Positions 1 to 9,403 are shown, counted from the first letter of the stretch. The stretch: 36,927 nt of DNA from Dehalococcoidia bacterium (GCA_023271215.1 JALPYG010000003.1:1-36927), one strand, 5' to 3'. Numbers and translations: made by a program. The notes: generated by a model from the letters alone, not told the origin.

Positions 1-14
1 CGGTAGGGTTCTTA

Positions 15-98
15 TTGGGGGTCTTACCCCCAACCCCCGCAAAAGGATGCCATTCATCCCCGTCCAAAGAACGGGGCATTCTGGCATAATCTCGTAAG
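15..98. repeat. Two small hairpins (G5-loop-C5 plus C-run; CCCCGT-7-ACGGGG), possibly a MITE/IS end
   Basis: TTGGGGGT-CTT-ACCCCCAA-CCCCC at 15-38; CCCCGT (58-63) pairs with ACGGGG (71-76). The IS200/IS605-like end assignment is a resemblance only. Confidence 0.4.
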
Positions 99-114
99 AT
101 TTTCAATTTCCTGC

Positions 115-143
115 TTGACTTTTGGCGATCTTACAGTTATAAT
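115..143 (+). promoter_or_regulatory. Sigma70 promoter for the small ORF and IS4 transposase
   Basis: TTGACT (115-120), 17-bp spacer, TATAAT (138-143); SD AGGAGGT at 154-160. Confidence 0.8.
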
Positions 144-167
144 ACTGTTAGATAGGAGGTGATGGTC

Positions 168-479
168 ATGGGGCAAAGGCAACAGATGCGTGCCAAAGCC
201 AGGGGTTTGCGCTCAGAAATGCGAAAGTTGGGGCCAATGCTCCAGGGATCAGTAATCTTGAGGCGGATGAGGTGCGGGAAACCTAACTGCCGTTGTAACC
301 GGGGCTATCCTCACACCTATCTCTGTGTTACTTACAAGGAGAAAGGCAAGACCAAAACAGTGTACGTAAACAAGTCCCTCCAGGCGGAAGCACTTCTGTG
401 GTCTCGCAACTACAAGATGTTTAAAGTACTGCTTAAGGAACATAGCCAGGTAAATCTTGAGATACTGAAAAGTCGCTAA
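168..479 (+). CDS. Small basic transposase-associated protein (DUF6788-like, CGKPNCRC...H putative Zn motif)
   Basis: GSVxxRxxRCGKPNCRCxxGxxH and KGKTKTVYV match small ORFs commonly found ahead of transposases. Start moved to ATG 168 based on SD spacing. Confidence 0.7.
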   Translation: MGQRQQMRAKARGLRSEMRKLGPMLQGSVILRRMRCGKPNCRCNRGYPHTYLCVTYKEKGKTKTVYVNKSLQAEALLWSRNYKMFKVLLKEHSQVNLEILKSR

Positions 480-503
480 ATATAGTTTTGGGAGGGATTA
501 GAA

Positions 504-1712
504 ATGAGAGAGCTGATAAATAATGGCGAAGCAGTGAAGGATTTTGCCACGGAACTGAGAGGGAAATTAGACGAACATTTCTCCGCTTTGCCAAAGCCGG
601 TACTGAGAAACATAGTAGAGATAGTGATAGCGCTGCTGATACTTCTCCGAACGCCAAGGGGATGGTACGGAAGGCTGACTTTAAATGGGGTAGCCAGATG
701 TATGAGAACCGAAGGGGATATGCACACCAGATACAAAAGGCTGGACAGATTTCTGAGAAATGCAAGATTTGAAACAAGCAAAACTGCCCTTGGATTATTA
801 ATGATAACTCGGGGGAGAAATAACGAAGGGCTTTTTCCTGTTCTTATCGACCAAAGTACGATAGGGGATGTGCAGGTAATAGCAGCCAGTTTTCCGTATG
901 AGGGCAGAGCCATTCCATTTGCTATGAAAACTTTTGAATATGAGAGCATAGCAGTTAGCCAGAATAGAATAGAGAAGGATTTCTTTTCTCAGTTACAGGG
1001 AACCATCGGCAAAGAAAATACCCCGCTTCTTATAATGGACAGGGGGTACGCAGATGTAAAATACATTCTGGAGTTTAACAAAGAGGGAGTGTTGTACATA
1101 ATCCGGGGTTGCAGTAATGTGAAAGTAGAATATAACCAGGGAGGAAAATTGAAGCGGATTAGTCTTGGGAGATTACCTCATAGGCAAGGGCAGGCAAGAA
1201 GATACCGCAATGTTATATACCATGGCAAAGAGAGGGTATTGCTAGATATCATTGTCTACAGAGAAAAGGGGTTCAAGGAACCCTGGTTTCTCATTGTGCC
1301 GGCTGGGACAGAGGAGATTCTGCCAACCGAGGAGGTTGTGAAATGGTACCGGTCAAGAATGAGAATAGAAGTTAAGTTCCGAGATTTTAAATCATATCTG
1401 GGCGTTAGAGGGCTGAAGTTTAAGGTACATAAGGCAGAAAAGATGGGCCGGCTGCTAACCTGTATGGCTATTGTTTATGTGTTACTTATAGTCATGGGTG
1501 GCAGTGACTTGGCCAGACACTTGAGGAAGCGCATAGAAGTATTGCGAACGAAGCGCAGACATGGTACTCGCCGGACGCTGAGTGTGCTCTCTACGGCACT
1601 TTTTATGGCAACAGATTCGTTTTTATTAACTTTGTCCAACCTGATGGCACTTTTAGCTTCCATGCTCAGCTCATCAACAAATGGCCTTTGCTTTCTATTC
1701 TCTCCGGCCTAA
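504..1712 (+). CDS. IS4-family DDE transposase
   Basis: 402-aa ORF with LIDQS, IMDRGY and the Y-(2)-R-(3)-E-(6)-K signature YRSRMRIEVKFRDFK; SD GGAGG. Terminal IRs not found. Confidence 0.85.
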   Translation: MRELINNGEAVKDFATELRGKLDEHFSALPKPVLRNIVEIVIALLILLRTPRGWYGRLTLNGVARCMRTEGDMHTRYKRLDRFLRNARFETSKTALGLLMITRGRNNEGLFPVLIDQSTIGDVQVIAASFPYEGRAIPFAMKTFEYESIAVSQNRIEKDFFSQLQGTIGKENTPLLIMDRGYADVKYILEFNKEGVLYIIRGCSNVKVEYNQGGKLKRISLGRLPHRQGQARRYRNVIYHGKERVLLDIIVYREKGFKEPWFLIVPAGTEEILPTEEVVKWYRSRMRIEVKFRDFKSYLGVRGLKFKVHKAEKMGRLLTCMAIVYVLLIVMGGSDLARHLRKRIEVLRTKRRHGTRRTLSVLSTALFMATDSFLLTLSNLMALLASMLSSSTNGLCFLFSPA

Positions 1713-1981
1713 ATGCCTCATTCCTCCGTGAACAGTCATTTCCCCCGTGTCAATTTCTCACTCATATGGTAGAATAGCAGGTGTCTGAGATTGGTTGTTT
1801 CACGCAATTATTGTTGTTGATTGAAATCGCGGTAATTATTGCCGGAACCAAAGTAAACCATGATTTTTGCTAACCATTTCCCCATTCATTGATAGTACAC
1901 TATCTTCGCACTTTGAAGGTAGGACTTGAGGGCATGACCCGCTTCGTGGATAACGGTATACCGTGAATCCGGAGGTGAGCC

Positions 1982-3302
1982 ATGCCCACACTCATTATAT
2001 GCCTGTCCGAGCCTTTGTGCTGGTTCACCGAGAGCTTTCGCGGCTGCTTCAGCCAGCGCCAGTTGAATTACTTCGTAACCGTACTCCTGGGACTGGTGGA
2101 GTGTCAAGAGCGCCGCCCTCTCAGCGGACTGTTGCGCCGGGTCGCAGCATAGGTAAGCTTATCGCGTTTGTCCCGCTTTCTATCCAGGTGGCCCTGGTCG
2201 GAGAGCGAGCCGGCAGCCATGTGGCAGAGTCGATTCCTGAACCCCTGCTTTCGCCGGGGCAAGCTCTGTGAGGAACAGATTTCGAGGGCAAATGGGACCA
2301 TTGATCCAGGCCGAGCATGCCCGCCCTGGCGATGGGCCAGGGATGAAGGGACTGGGCCGGCATCATTCGACGACCGAGAAACGGCGAGTGAAAGGGCATA
2401 GTTTGTTCAGCGGGCTCTATGAACTGCTGCGGCAACGCTGCCCTTTGGCACCACAGATGTACCGCCAGAAGGCCACTTACAAAGCCGAAGGGATACCCTT
2501 CCAAAGCAAGATCAACATGGCAGTAGAGCAAATCCAGAACTTCCAGTCCGTCGAAGGGATCCACACCCATCCGCTCATGGATTGCTGGTACCACTGCAAG
2601 CAAGTGCGAAGGGCAGCCCAAAAGCGAGGCTGGGATGTCGGCGGCGGATTGAGGAGCAACCGTAAGATGCCGATCAACGAAGCCGATGGTGTGCGCCGCT
2701 GGGCGAGCTTAACCGAGTATGCTTGCCTGAGCCGGAATGACTTTGAGCCGGTGGTGTGGCCCTTGCAACAGGGTGGGCGGGTTATTTATGCCCACATCGT
2801 GCGCAGTAAGGTACGCAAATTGGGGGCCTGCCAGGTGCTCATCAGCCGAGAGTCTCTGGATAGGCCAGTGGAGCAGGTCCGTTGCTGGGATACCACCCTG
2901 TTAACCAGATTGTATCCGGAATTCCGCTTCGCTCCACTCCGTATACAATCTTTAGTGTTAAACGCCGATGCTCAGGCAGTGGTCAATGTGCCGGCCATCG
3001 GCTGGGGTATCGAGGTGATGTTTGAAGACAACAAGGACCTGCTGGGCAGTGATCATTATCAAGTCCTCAGTGACAAGGCCATCCTGCGCTTCTGGACACT
3101 GATCGCTTGTATCTCCGTGTTCCTGGACGAGCAACGTGCCCAGATAGAAGCTGGCATGGAGAGCCACGTGACTTCGGGTGATGCCCGCCGAGCTGCCCAC
3201 GACATACACCAACGCAACTTTCTGAGTTGGATTTACCAGCAGTTTTGGGCTGGAGCCACTCCAACTGATGTCTGTGCCTTGTTGAACGCCAATTCTGTCT
3301 AA
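1982..3302 (+). pseudogene. IS701-family transposase pseudogene
   Basis: SD GGAGGTG, ATG 1982 (MPTLIICLSE...FSQRQLNYFVTVLLGL), in-frame TAG at 2150-2152, then a frameshift into the 2268-3302 frame containing MDCWY, GLRSNR and WGIEVMFEDNKDLLGSDHYQ. Confidence 0.8.
2899..2961. repeat. 57-bp REP-like palindrome inserted in frame in the IS701 transposase
   Basis: GATTGTATCCGGA...TCCGTATACAATC stem with a GCTTCGCTCC loop region; TGTTAA duplicated at 2899-2904 and 2956-2961; removal restores ...TTLLNADAQ. Confidence 0.7.
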
Positions 3303-3617
3303 AAAGTGCAAAGATAGTGATAGTAGAATAGTGTCTGACTGGTGTCATTAATCACAGTAAGGCGAGAATCTATAGCCCTATTGAGGCGACGGCAACTATC
3401 TTTCTTGATTGCTATATTGGTGTTCTTGAGTAATGGTGAAAATTCTGGGGGATGGCAAGCCTTTTTTAGGGATTGCAACTGTGAGCTAAGTTGAGAAAGA
3501 CGTGTTAAGAAACGGCGCGAGCGTGCAGGCTGTGGATAGGGGTGAGACGTTGTGTTAGAATAAGTGAACGGCAAACTGAAAGCTGTCGGCTGACAACTTC
3601 AAGAAAAGGGATTGAGA

Positions 3618-4091
3618 ATGGAACATCTATGGGCACCGTGGAGGATGGAATATATTCTGGGCGAAAAGGAAAGGGGGTGTATCTTCTGTGAAAAACCGAA
3701 ACAGGATACGGATGCGCAGAATTACATTCTCCATCGGGGTGAGAGAAATTTCTCCATGTTGAACATCTACCCCTATAATCCGGGGCATCTCATGGTAGCG
3801 CCGTACAGGCATGTGGCGAGCCTGGGGGAGATGAACGACGAAGAGCTGCTGGAGCATTTTCGACTGGTAGGCCGGTGTGTTTCGGTGCTCAGAGAGACGG
3901 TCAGCCCCTCCGGCTTCAATATCGGGATAAATCTGGGCAAGGTCGCCGGCGCTGGAGTCGAGGATCACATTCATACTCATATCGTGCCGCGATGGGAAGG
4001 GGACACCAACTTCATGCCGGTTGTATCCCATACGAGGGTTCTGCCCGAAGCTCTGGTCGAAACCTACGCCAGGCTGGTGGCAAAGTTCTGA
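3618..4091 (+). CDS. HIT-family hydrolase (Ap4A phosphorylase-like)
   Basis: LWAPWRM N-terminus, CIFC, LNIYPYNPGHLMV, histidine triad HIHTHIVPRW; ATG 3618 preferred to TTG 3612. Confidence 0.9.
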   Translation: MEHLWAPWRMEYILGEKERGCIFCEKPKQDTDAQNYILHRGERNFSMLNIYPYNPGHLMVAPYRHVASLGEMNDEELLEHFRLVGRCVSVLRETVSPSGFNIGINLGKVAGAGVEDHIHTHIVPRWEGDTNFMPVVSHTRVLPEALVETYARLVAKF

Positions 4092-4116
4092 TGTTCGGAC
4101 CTTCCGCTCATTCTCC

Positions 4117-4145
4117 TTGACCCGGTGAGGATTATGTGGTAAGAT
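4117..4145 (+). promoter_or_regulatory. Sigma70 promoter P1 of the paaX-bam operon
   Basis: TTGACC (4117-4122), 17 bp, TAAGAT (4140-4145) with extended TG. Confidence 0.6.
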
Positions 4146-4149
4146 GCGG

Positions 4150-4279
4150 TATGTCGCTGAATTGGCGCTGCATCAGTATTACGATATATGCCGGCAGAGG
4201 GATTATGTTGACATCTCCGGAAATATATGGTACAATGAATTATGGCGGAAAATTAACGCCATATAAATTATCTGACATA
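4150..4279. promoter_or_regulatory. Two candidate PaaX operators, TATGnCG-N25-(C/T)GA(T/C)ATA
   Basis: TATGTCG 4150-4156 / CGATATA 4182-4188 and TATGGCG 4241-4247 / TGACATA 4273-4279; each begins 5 nt after a -10 box. Confidence 0.45.
4208..4236 (+). promoter_or_regulatory. Sigma70 promoter P2 of the paaX-bam operon
   Basis: TTGACA (4208-4213), 17 bp, TACAAT (4231-4236) with extended TG; near consensus. Confidence 0.85.
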
Positions 4280-4284
4280 TTACC

Positions 4285-5154
4285 ATGTGGGATCTCGCTA
4301 TGAGTAAGCTTCGTCCGCAATCAGCCATGCTTACGCTCTACGGCGATTATGTCCTCCCTCGCGGGGGCGAATGCGGCATTGGCAGCCTGATAAAACTGCT
4401 GGGCAATTTTGGGTTGTCCAGTCAGGCTATCCGCTCAGCGGTGTCGAGAATGTGCCGCGCCGATATACTCAAGGCGAGGCGAGCGGGCCGGAGAAGCTAC
4501 TATTCACTGACGGAGAATGGTCATCAACTATTGACGAAAGGTGCCCGGCGCATCTTTGAACGGAAGAACAACCACTGGGATGGAGGCTGGAGTATTGTCG
4601 TCTACTCCATCCCCGAACCAAGGCGGCAGGCAAGGGACAAGCTGCGCCTTGAGTTGGGTTGGATGGGATACGGTGCCCTGAGCGAGGCTACCTGGATCTC
4701 ACCCTATGACTTGACCAATGAAGTGGAAGATCTGGTGGATAGACTTCAGATCAGGGAGCACGTCCAGATATTTCGGGCCAGACTGATGAGTTCCGAGTGG
4801 GGCGGGGGCTCAGGACTCAGTACTCAGGACTCGGTACTCGTTGCCCGCTGCTGGGATTTAGACCGGATTCATCAGAAGTATGCCGATTTCATAGCCAAGT
4901 ACCGTCCCAGGCTCGAAGATCACGGGAGGCGTCTTAAGGCCGGAGAAGCTATCCCCCCCAGCGAGTGCTTCGTGGAGAGATTTACTCTGATTCACGAATA
5001 CCGCAAGTTTCCCTTCTTTGATCCCGATCTACCCCGGGGGCTCTTACCGGAGAGCTGGCTGCGCCCTGAAGCTGCAGCCTTATTCCATGAATACCATGGC
5101 CTGCTGGCGGAGAAGGCCAACGAGTACTTTGACTCGGTGTTTAAGGAGTACTGA
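4285..5154 (+). CDS. paaX: PaaX-family transcriptional repressor (aryl-CoA responsive)
   Basis: TLYGDY, AIRSAVSRM wHTH, WDGGWSIVVYSIPE, RDKLRLELGWMGYG, FFDPDLPRGLLPESW; alternative start ATG 4300; stop abuts the bamB ATG. Confidence 0.88.
   Translation: MWDLAMSKLRPQSAMLTLYGDYVLPRGGECGIGSLIKLLGNFGLSSQAIRSAVSRMCRADILKARRAGRRSYYSLTENGHQLLTKGARRIFERKNNHWDGGWSIVVYSIPEPRRQARDKLRLELGWMGYGALSEATWISPYDLTNEVEDLVDRLQIREHVQIFRARLMSSEWGGGSGLSTQDSVLVARCWDLDRIHQKYADFIAKYRPRLEDHGRRLKAGEAIPPSECFVERFTLIHEYRKFPFFDPDLPRGLLPESWLRPEAAALFHEYHGLLAEKANEYFDSVFKEY
4788..4840. repeat. Heptamer-palindrome element in frame within paaX
   Basis: GAGTTCCGAG + G-rich core + (ACTCAGG/T)n arm; encodes SSEWGGGSGLSTQDSVL; near-identical copy at 18923-18978. 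Confidence 0.8.
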
Positions 5155-7128
5155 ATGAGGTACGCAGAGACAGGGTTTAATTTAGAAATTGATCTTACCC
5201 GAGGAAACATCGAGAGGGTAGCAACTGACCCAGGAGACACCGAGCTTTATCTTGGGGGCCTGGGGACGAACGCCAAGATATTGTGGGATAGGGTTCCCCC
5301 TGAAGTTGAACCCTTTTCTCCTGATAATCTACTGATATTTGCCGCCGGTCTTTTATGTGGCACACCTGCTATCGGCTGTAATCGTACCATTGTTTCTACC
5401 ATTTCTCCTCAGACTTTGTTAATGGCATATTCAATGATGGGGGGTTTTTGGGCGCCGGAATTGAAGTATGCCGGTTATGACAAAGTGATCGTTCGCGGCA
5501 AGTCCCCGGATCTGGTTTATTTATGGATAAACGATGACGAAGTAGAAATACGTGATGCCTCTCATTTGCAGGGTAAAGGTGCTATTGAAACTGCAGAACT
5601 TATTAAAGAGGAGTTGAATGAGCCGAAAGCCCAGGTGGCGGCTATCGGCCTGGCCGGTGAAAACAGGGTCTATTTTGCTTCCATCGAGCAGGGCAGGGCC
5701 AGTGCCAGCCGAGGCGGAATAGGGGCCGTTATGGGGGACAAAGGGTTAAAGGCGATAGCTGTTCGTGGAAGAAAGGACGTCAATATTGCCCGACCGGTTG
5801 AATACCTGGAGCTTTGCAACGAAGTGCTGCAATACATCAAATGGCGAAATGAAAATCCAATCCCGGGAGTAATACCCATTTTAGCCGGGCTTGGCTCACC
5901 GCAGGAGATGAAAATCCATGATGAGAAGTGGCACACCGAGAATTTTATGTGGGGAAATTCACGCGTCCGCAAAAAAGGTTTCTGGAACAAGGAAGTCGAA
6001 GAGAAGTGGACGGAGACCATGGAAAATGCGCGGACGCGGCTAATAAGTTGCTATAACTGTCCGATGAAATGCGGGGCCACAATTTCCGTCCCGGGACTTC
6101 CAACATACATGATGAAATGCTTCTCGAAACTGACGTATACAATGGCAGCATTTTCAGACCTGGATTTTGGTTTAAGAATCGCTCAACGTGCCACGGAGTA
6201 TGGAGTGGACGCATACTCGACCCCGCAAGTTATGGCCTTCGCCCTTGAGCTTTACGAAAACGGCATTCTTACTGACGATGACATGTCGGGAATGCCGTCC
6301 GATAACGAGGGGAGATTCTACTGGTTACTTGACAGGATTGTTCGGCGGGAAGGGATAGGAGATGTTTTGGCCAATGGTACGTATTGGGCGGCCCAACAGA
6401 TTGGTAAGGGCGCAGAGGAATATGCTCATAATAATATTAAGAAACATGAGCAACTGCCTCTCAAGCTATCAATGCTGAATCCCATTTATTTCCTTATGTA
6501 TGCTACCGGCGAGAAGATAAACATTACCCAGATTGAAGGGCAGTTCCCCCAGACGCCTTTTCCTACGAGAGAGGAGAGAGAAGAGTTTGTAAAGGATTGG
6601 ATCCAGGTTCCTGATGAAAAGTTTAAGCAATATTTTTTGGATTGGGAACTACGAGGAGAAAACTCGATCCCCTATTACCCAACTGTTCCAATGACTTGCG
6701 ACATTGTTGACTGGCAAGAGAAGATGCACTATATTGATGATGCCCTCGGCATGTGCGCCGGGTTATCATCATTCCCCCTGAAGCCTCCCTATCATATCCA
6801 CAATTACCCGAGATTTATCTCATCAGGGGCCGGGATCGATATGGATGAAGCCAAACTAACGCAAGCAGCCAAGAGATACCGAACTTTAGTTAGGGCCGTT
6901 AACATAAGAAGAGGCATGAGGAGGGCTGATGACAAGCCGCCTGAAAACCATTGGAAGAAAAGATTCCCCGAGCTTGAAGCTCAGCTCTTAGATGAGTATT
7001 ACAAATTTAAGGGGTGGAATAACCAGGGTATTCCTACCAAAGAGTCTTTACACGAATTGGCTTTGGATTACGTTAGCGAAGACTTCCTGCGGAGGGGCAT
7101 CTTGACAGATAATGAAGGTATTCCGTAA
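5155..7128 (+). CDS. bamB: Class II benzoyl-CoA reductase W-pterin active-site subunit (AOR family)
   Basis: MRYAETG...DTELYLGGLGTNAKILWDRVPPEVEPFSP closely matches Geobacter BamB as recalled; retains PQEMKIHDEKWH (Zn ligands and proton-donor His), CYNCPMKC, MMKCF (W-ligating Cys) and QIEGQF. Confidence 0.93.
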   Translation: MRYAETGFNLEIDLTRGNIERVATDPGDTELYLGGLGTNAKILWDRVPPEVEPFSPDNLLIFAAGLLCGTPAIGCNRTIVSTISPQTLLMAYSMMGGFWAPELKYAGYDKVIVRGKSPDLVYLWINDDEVEIRDASHLQGKGAIETAELIKEELNEPKAQVAAIGLAGENRVYFASIEQGRASASRGGIGAVMGDKGLKAIAVRGRKDVNIARPVEYLELCNEVLQYIKWRNENPIPGVIPILAGLGSPQEMKIHDEKWHTENFMWGNSRVRKKGFWNKEVEEKWTETMENARTRLISCYNCPMKCGATISVPGLPTYMMKCFSKLTYTMAAFSDLDFGLRIAQRATEYGVDAYSTPQVMAFALELYENGILTDDDMSGMPSDNEGRFYWLLDRIVRREGIGDVLANGTYWAAQQIGKGAEEYAHNNIKKHEQLPLKLSMLNPIYFLMYATGEKINITQIEGQFPQTPFPTREEREEFVKDWIQVPDEKFKQYFLDWELRGENSIPYYPTVPMTCDIVDWQEKMHYIDDALGMCAGLSSFPLKPPYHIHNYPRFISSGAGIDMDEAKLTQAAKRYRTLVRAVNIRRGMRRADDKPPENHWKKRFPELEAQLLDEYYKFKGWNNQGIPTKESLHELALDYVSEDFLRRGILTDNEGIP

Positions 7129-7177
7129 TTACCCAGGTTGTCAGGCCTGCGGCCGGGGGGCAGGCCTGAGTAGTTAT
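7125..7177. mobile_element. MITE-like palindrome with GTAA(C/T)TAC(T/C)CAGG termini
   Basis: GTAATTACCCAGG (7125-7137)...CCTGAGTAGTTAT (7165-7177), internal stem TCAGGCCTGC/GCAGGCCTGA; supplies the bamB TAA; core CAGGCCTGnCCCCGGCCGCAGG recurs near 27484-27505. Confidence 0.65.
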
Positions 7178-7193
7178 GTGGAGGGAGTGAACC

Positions 7194-7739
7194 GTGCAGG
7201 GTAAGAAAAAAACGAAAATAGTCAAAACAATAAAAATTGATCTTGATAAATGCAATGGTTGTCGGGCCTGTGAGGTAATCTGCTCCGCCTTCCACGCTAC
7301 CCCGAAATATAGCAGCACTAATCCGGCGAGGGCTCGTATTCGGGTGATTCATGACCCACTTAAAGACGTATACGTTCCTGTATACGCGGGTGAGTATACC
7401 GCAGCCGAATGTAACGGCAGAGACAAATATGTGATTGACGGAAAGGAATACGACGAGTGTGCCTTCTGCAGGGCCTCCTGTCCATCCAGGGACCTTTTCA
7501 AAGAACCCGATTCCGGTCTCCCCCTGAAATGCGATATGTGTGAAGACGATCCGCCGCAAAAAGAGCCCTTGTGTGTTCAGTGGTGCTTAAATGATGCCCT
7601 GACTTACGAAGAAAGGGAAGAGGAAGTAGAGGAAGAAGTGGAGCAGGCGGAGATGGAGATCGGATTGGAAGCATTGGCAAACAAATATGGCCTGGGCAAG
7701 ATAATGGATACCGTCGCCCGAATGTCCATGTCGCGGTGA
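7194..7739 (+). CDS. bamC: Class II benzoyl-CoA reductase [4Fe-4S] subunit
   Basis: DKCNGCRACEVICSAFH, DECAFCRASCPSRDLFKEPDSGLPLKCDMC, PLCVQWC; SD GGAGG, GTG start. Confidence 0.92.
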   Translation: MQGKKKTKIVKTIKIDLDKCNGCRACEVICSAFHATPKYSSTNPARARIRVIHDPLKDVYVPVYAGEYTAAECNGRDKYVIDGKEYDECAFCRASCPSRDLFKEPDSGLPLKCDMCEDDPPQKEPLCVQWCLNDALTYEEREEEVEEEVEQAEMEIGLEALANKYGLGKIMDTVARMSMSR

Positions 7740-7963
7740 TTAGTGAATAGTAAGTTGACATTGTCAGATTAGGTGGACGCCAATGAATTTCTTTCTGTCA
7801 TTGCGAGCGGAGCGAAGCAATCTCTTTTCTAGAGATTGCTCCGTCGCTTGCGCTCCTCGCAATGACACGGAAATGTGACAATGTCAAGGTAATTAGTGAT
7901 TAGTAATCAGCAACTAGCTCGTACCACCAATCACCAATCACCAGTCACTCGATCACCAATCAC
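7735..7963. repeat. Nested palindromes: heptamer array > 16-bp IR element > REP-like hairpin
   Basis: (GGTGATT/AGTGATT)n...(CAATCAC)n encloses TTGACATTGTCAGATT (7755-7770)/AATGTGACAATGTCAA (7872-7887), which encloses TGTCATTGCGAG...GCAATCTC...GAGATTGC...CTCGCAATGACA (7796-7867). Confidence 0.8.
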
Positions 7964-7990
7964 CCGTCCGAAGAGGATCAAAGAAAGATA

Positions 7991-9145
7991 ATGGAGAATG
8001 TAGCCGACTACAGAGAGATCGTAGAGGTCATAAGAGGAAGTGGTGGAGAAGCCCTGAAGAGATGCTTTCAATGCGGATTATGCGATGTTGTTTGTCCCTG
8101 GAATAGGGTTAGAGCCTTTAGTATGCGCAAGATGGTCCGAGAGGCTACGTTCGGTTTGACGGAGATAGAAAGTGAAGAGATATGGCGTTGTACTACCTGC
8201 GGAAGATGCCCTCAGCAGTGCCCCAGGGACGTAAAGCAGATAGATGACGTGGTAGCGCTCAGGAGGATCGCCACCGAAAACAGGGTGTTTCCTACTTCGG
8301 TCCGCTCTATCCATACCGTGAGCGCCGGTCTTGCTACCGGTAACCCTTTCGGTGAAGAACCGGCAAAGAGGGCCGATTGGGCAAAGGGTCTGTCTGTAAA
8401 AACGTTCGTCGAAGGGACGGAAGTTTTATATTTCCCCGGTTGCTACCTCTGCTATGACCCAAGATTAAAGAAGGTGGCTCAAGCCACAGCTAATATCCTG
8501 AACAGGGCCGGGGTAGATTTCGGGATACTGGGTGTCAAGGAGAATTGCTGTGGAGAAAGCATTCGCAAGACAGGCAATGAGGAATTATTCAAACACTTAG
8601 CCAGAGAAAACATCAAAACTTTTATCGAAAACGGGGTGATGAAAATCCTTGTTTCTTCCCCTCATTGTTACCACACATTCAAGAACGAGTATCCTGAATT
8701 CAAGGTGAACTTTGAGGTGGTTCATATCTCCCAATATTTATTCGAGCTCATTAATGAGGGAAGGCTTGAGCTCACCAGGGAGTATGGAAAGAAAGTTACC
8801 TGGCACGACCCATGTTACCTGGGTCGTCATAATGGCATATATGACGAACCCCGGGAGGTCTTAAAGAAGATACCTGGTTTACAGTTGAATGAGATGCCTG
8901 ATTCGCTGGAAGATAGTCTCTGTTGCGGAGGGGGAGGAGGCAGGATTTGGATGGAAACTCCAAAGGGTGAAAGATTCTCCGATCTCAGATTAGAACAAGC
9001 TATCGGGGTCGGGGCTGAGGTACTGGTTACTTCCTGCCCATATTGCATCAGCAATTTTGAGGATAGCAAATTAACCCTGGATGTCGGTGAAGGCATAGAG
9101 ATTAAGGACATCACGGAGATTCTGCAAGTGCAGACTGAAGGCTGA
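7991..9145 (+). CDS. bamD: HdrC/HdrB-like (CCG domain) Fe-S subunit of class II BCR
   Basis: CFQCGLCDVVCP and CTTCGRCPQQCP ferredoxin motifs, then CCG domains (ENCCGES, HDPCYLGR, LCCGGGGG, SCPYC); position after bamBC. Confidence 0.88.
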   Translation: MENVADYREIVEVIRGSGGEALKRCFQCGLCDVVCPWNRVRAFSMRKMVREATFGLTEIESEEIWRCTTCGRCPQQCPRDVKQIDDVVALRRIATENRVFPTSVRSIHTVSAGLATGNPFGEEPAKRADWAKGLSVKTFVEGTEVLYFPGCYLCYDPRLKKVAQATANILNRAGVDFGILGVKENCCGESIRKTGNEELFKHLARENIKTFIENGVMKILVSSPHCYHTFKNEYPEFKVNFEVVHISQYLFELINEGRLELTREYGKKVTWHDPCYLGRHNGIYDEPREVLKKIPGLQLNEMPDSLEDSLCCGGGGGRIWMETPKGERFSDLRLEQAIGVGAEVLVTSCPYCISNFEDSKLTLDVGEGIEIKDITEILQVQTEG

Positions 9146-9181
9146 AGGGTCTAGCCTTTGCGTTCTGCACTTTGAAATTCC

Positions 9182-9403
9182 GTAACCGTTCACGGTTTAC
9201 AGTTATCGGTTCACGGTTGATGAATGCATAAAAGCAAGAGGTTCGAAGGATTGTTGATTGTCAAAGGTGTTTACCGTAAACCGTTTTCAATATCCAAAAT
9301 GCTTCAATCGTTGCATAGTTTATTGAAAAAACTGTGAACCTTGAATGTTGAACCATCAACCATGAACCATGAACCATCAACCATGAACCATCAACCATCA
9401 ACC
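9182..9403. repeat. Heptamer-palindrome element (GGTTCAC arm...AACCAT(G/C) arm)
   Basis: Starts GTAACCGTTCACGG; right arm (GAACCAT/CAACCAT)n at about 9350-9403. Confidence 0.75.

Larger units (their letters stand above)
1898..3319 (+). mobile_element. IS701-like insertion sequence, 1422 bp, non-autonomous
   Basis: IRL CACTATCTTCGCACTTT (1898-1914) vs IRR AAAGTGCAAAGATAGTG (3303-3319), 16/17 match; flanking direct repeat ATAGTA at 1892-1897 and 3320-3325. Confidence 0.85.

Noticed and set aside
2899-2963. Integron attC site (TAAC...GTTAAAC)
   Set aside because: The ends resemble R boxes, but L/R spacing and extrahelical bases do not fit, and there is no integrase or cassette array. A target-duplicated REP-like insert explains it better.
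3299-3574. 91-aa minus-strand ORF
   Set aside because: No recognisable motif or SD, and it runs into the IS inverted repeat.
5155-7128. Ordinary aldehyde:ferredoxin oxidoreductase
   Set aside because: BamB-specific motifs and the bamC-I context indicate class II BCR.
7755-7760. TTGACA as an internal bamD promoter
   Set aside because: It is part of a 16-bp inverted repeat and has no convincing -10 at 16-18 bp.
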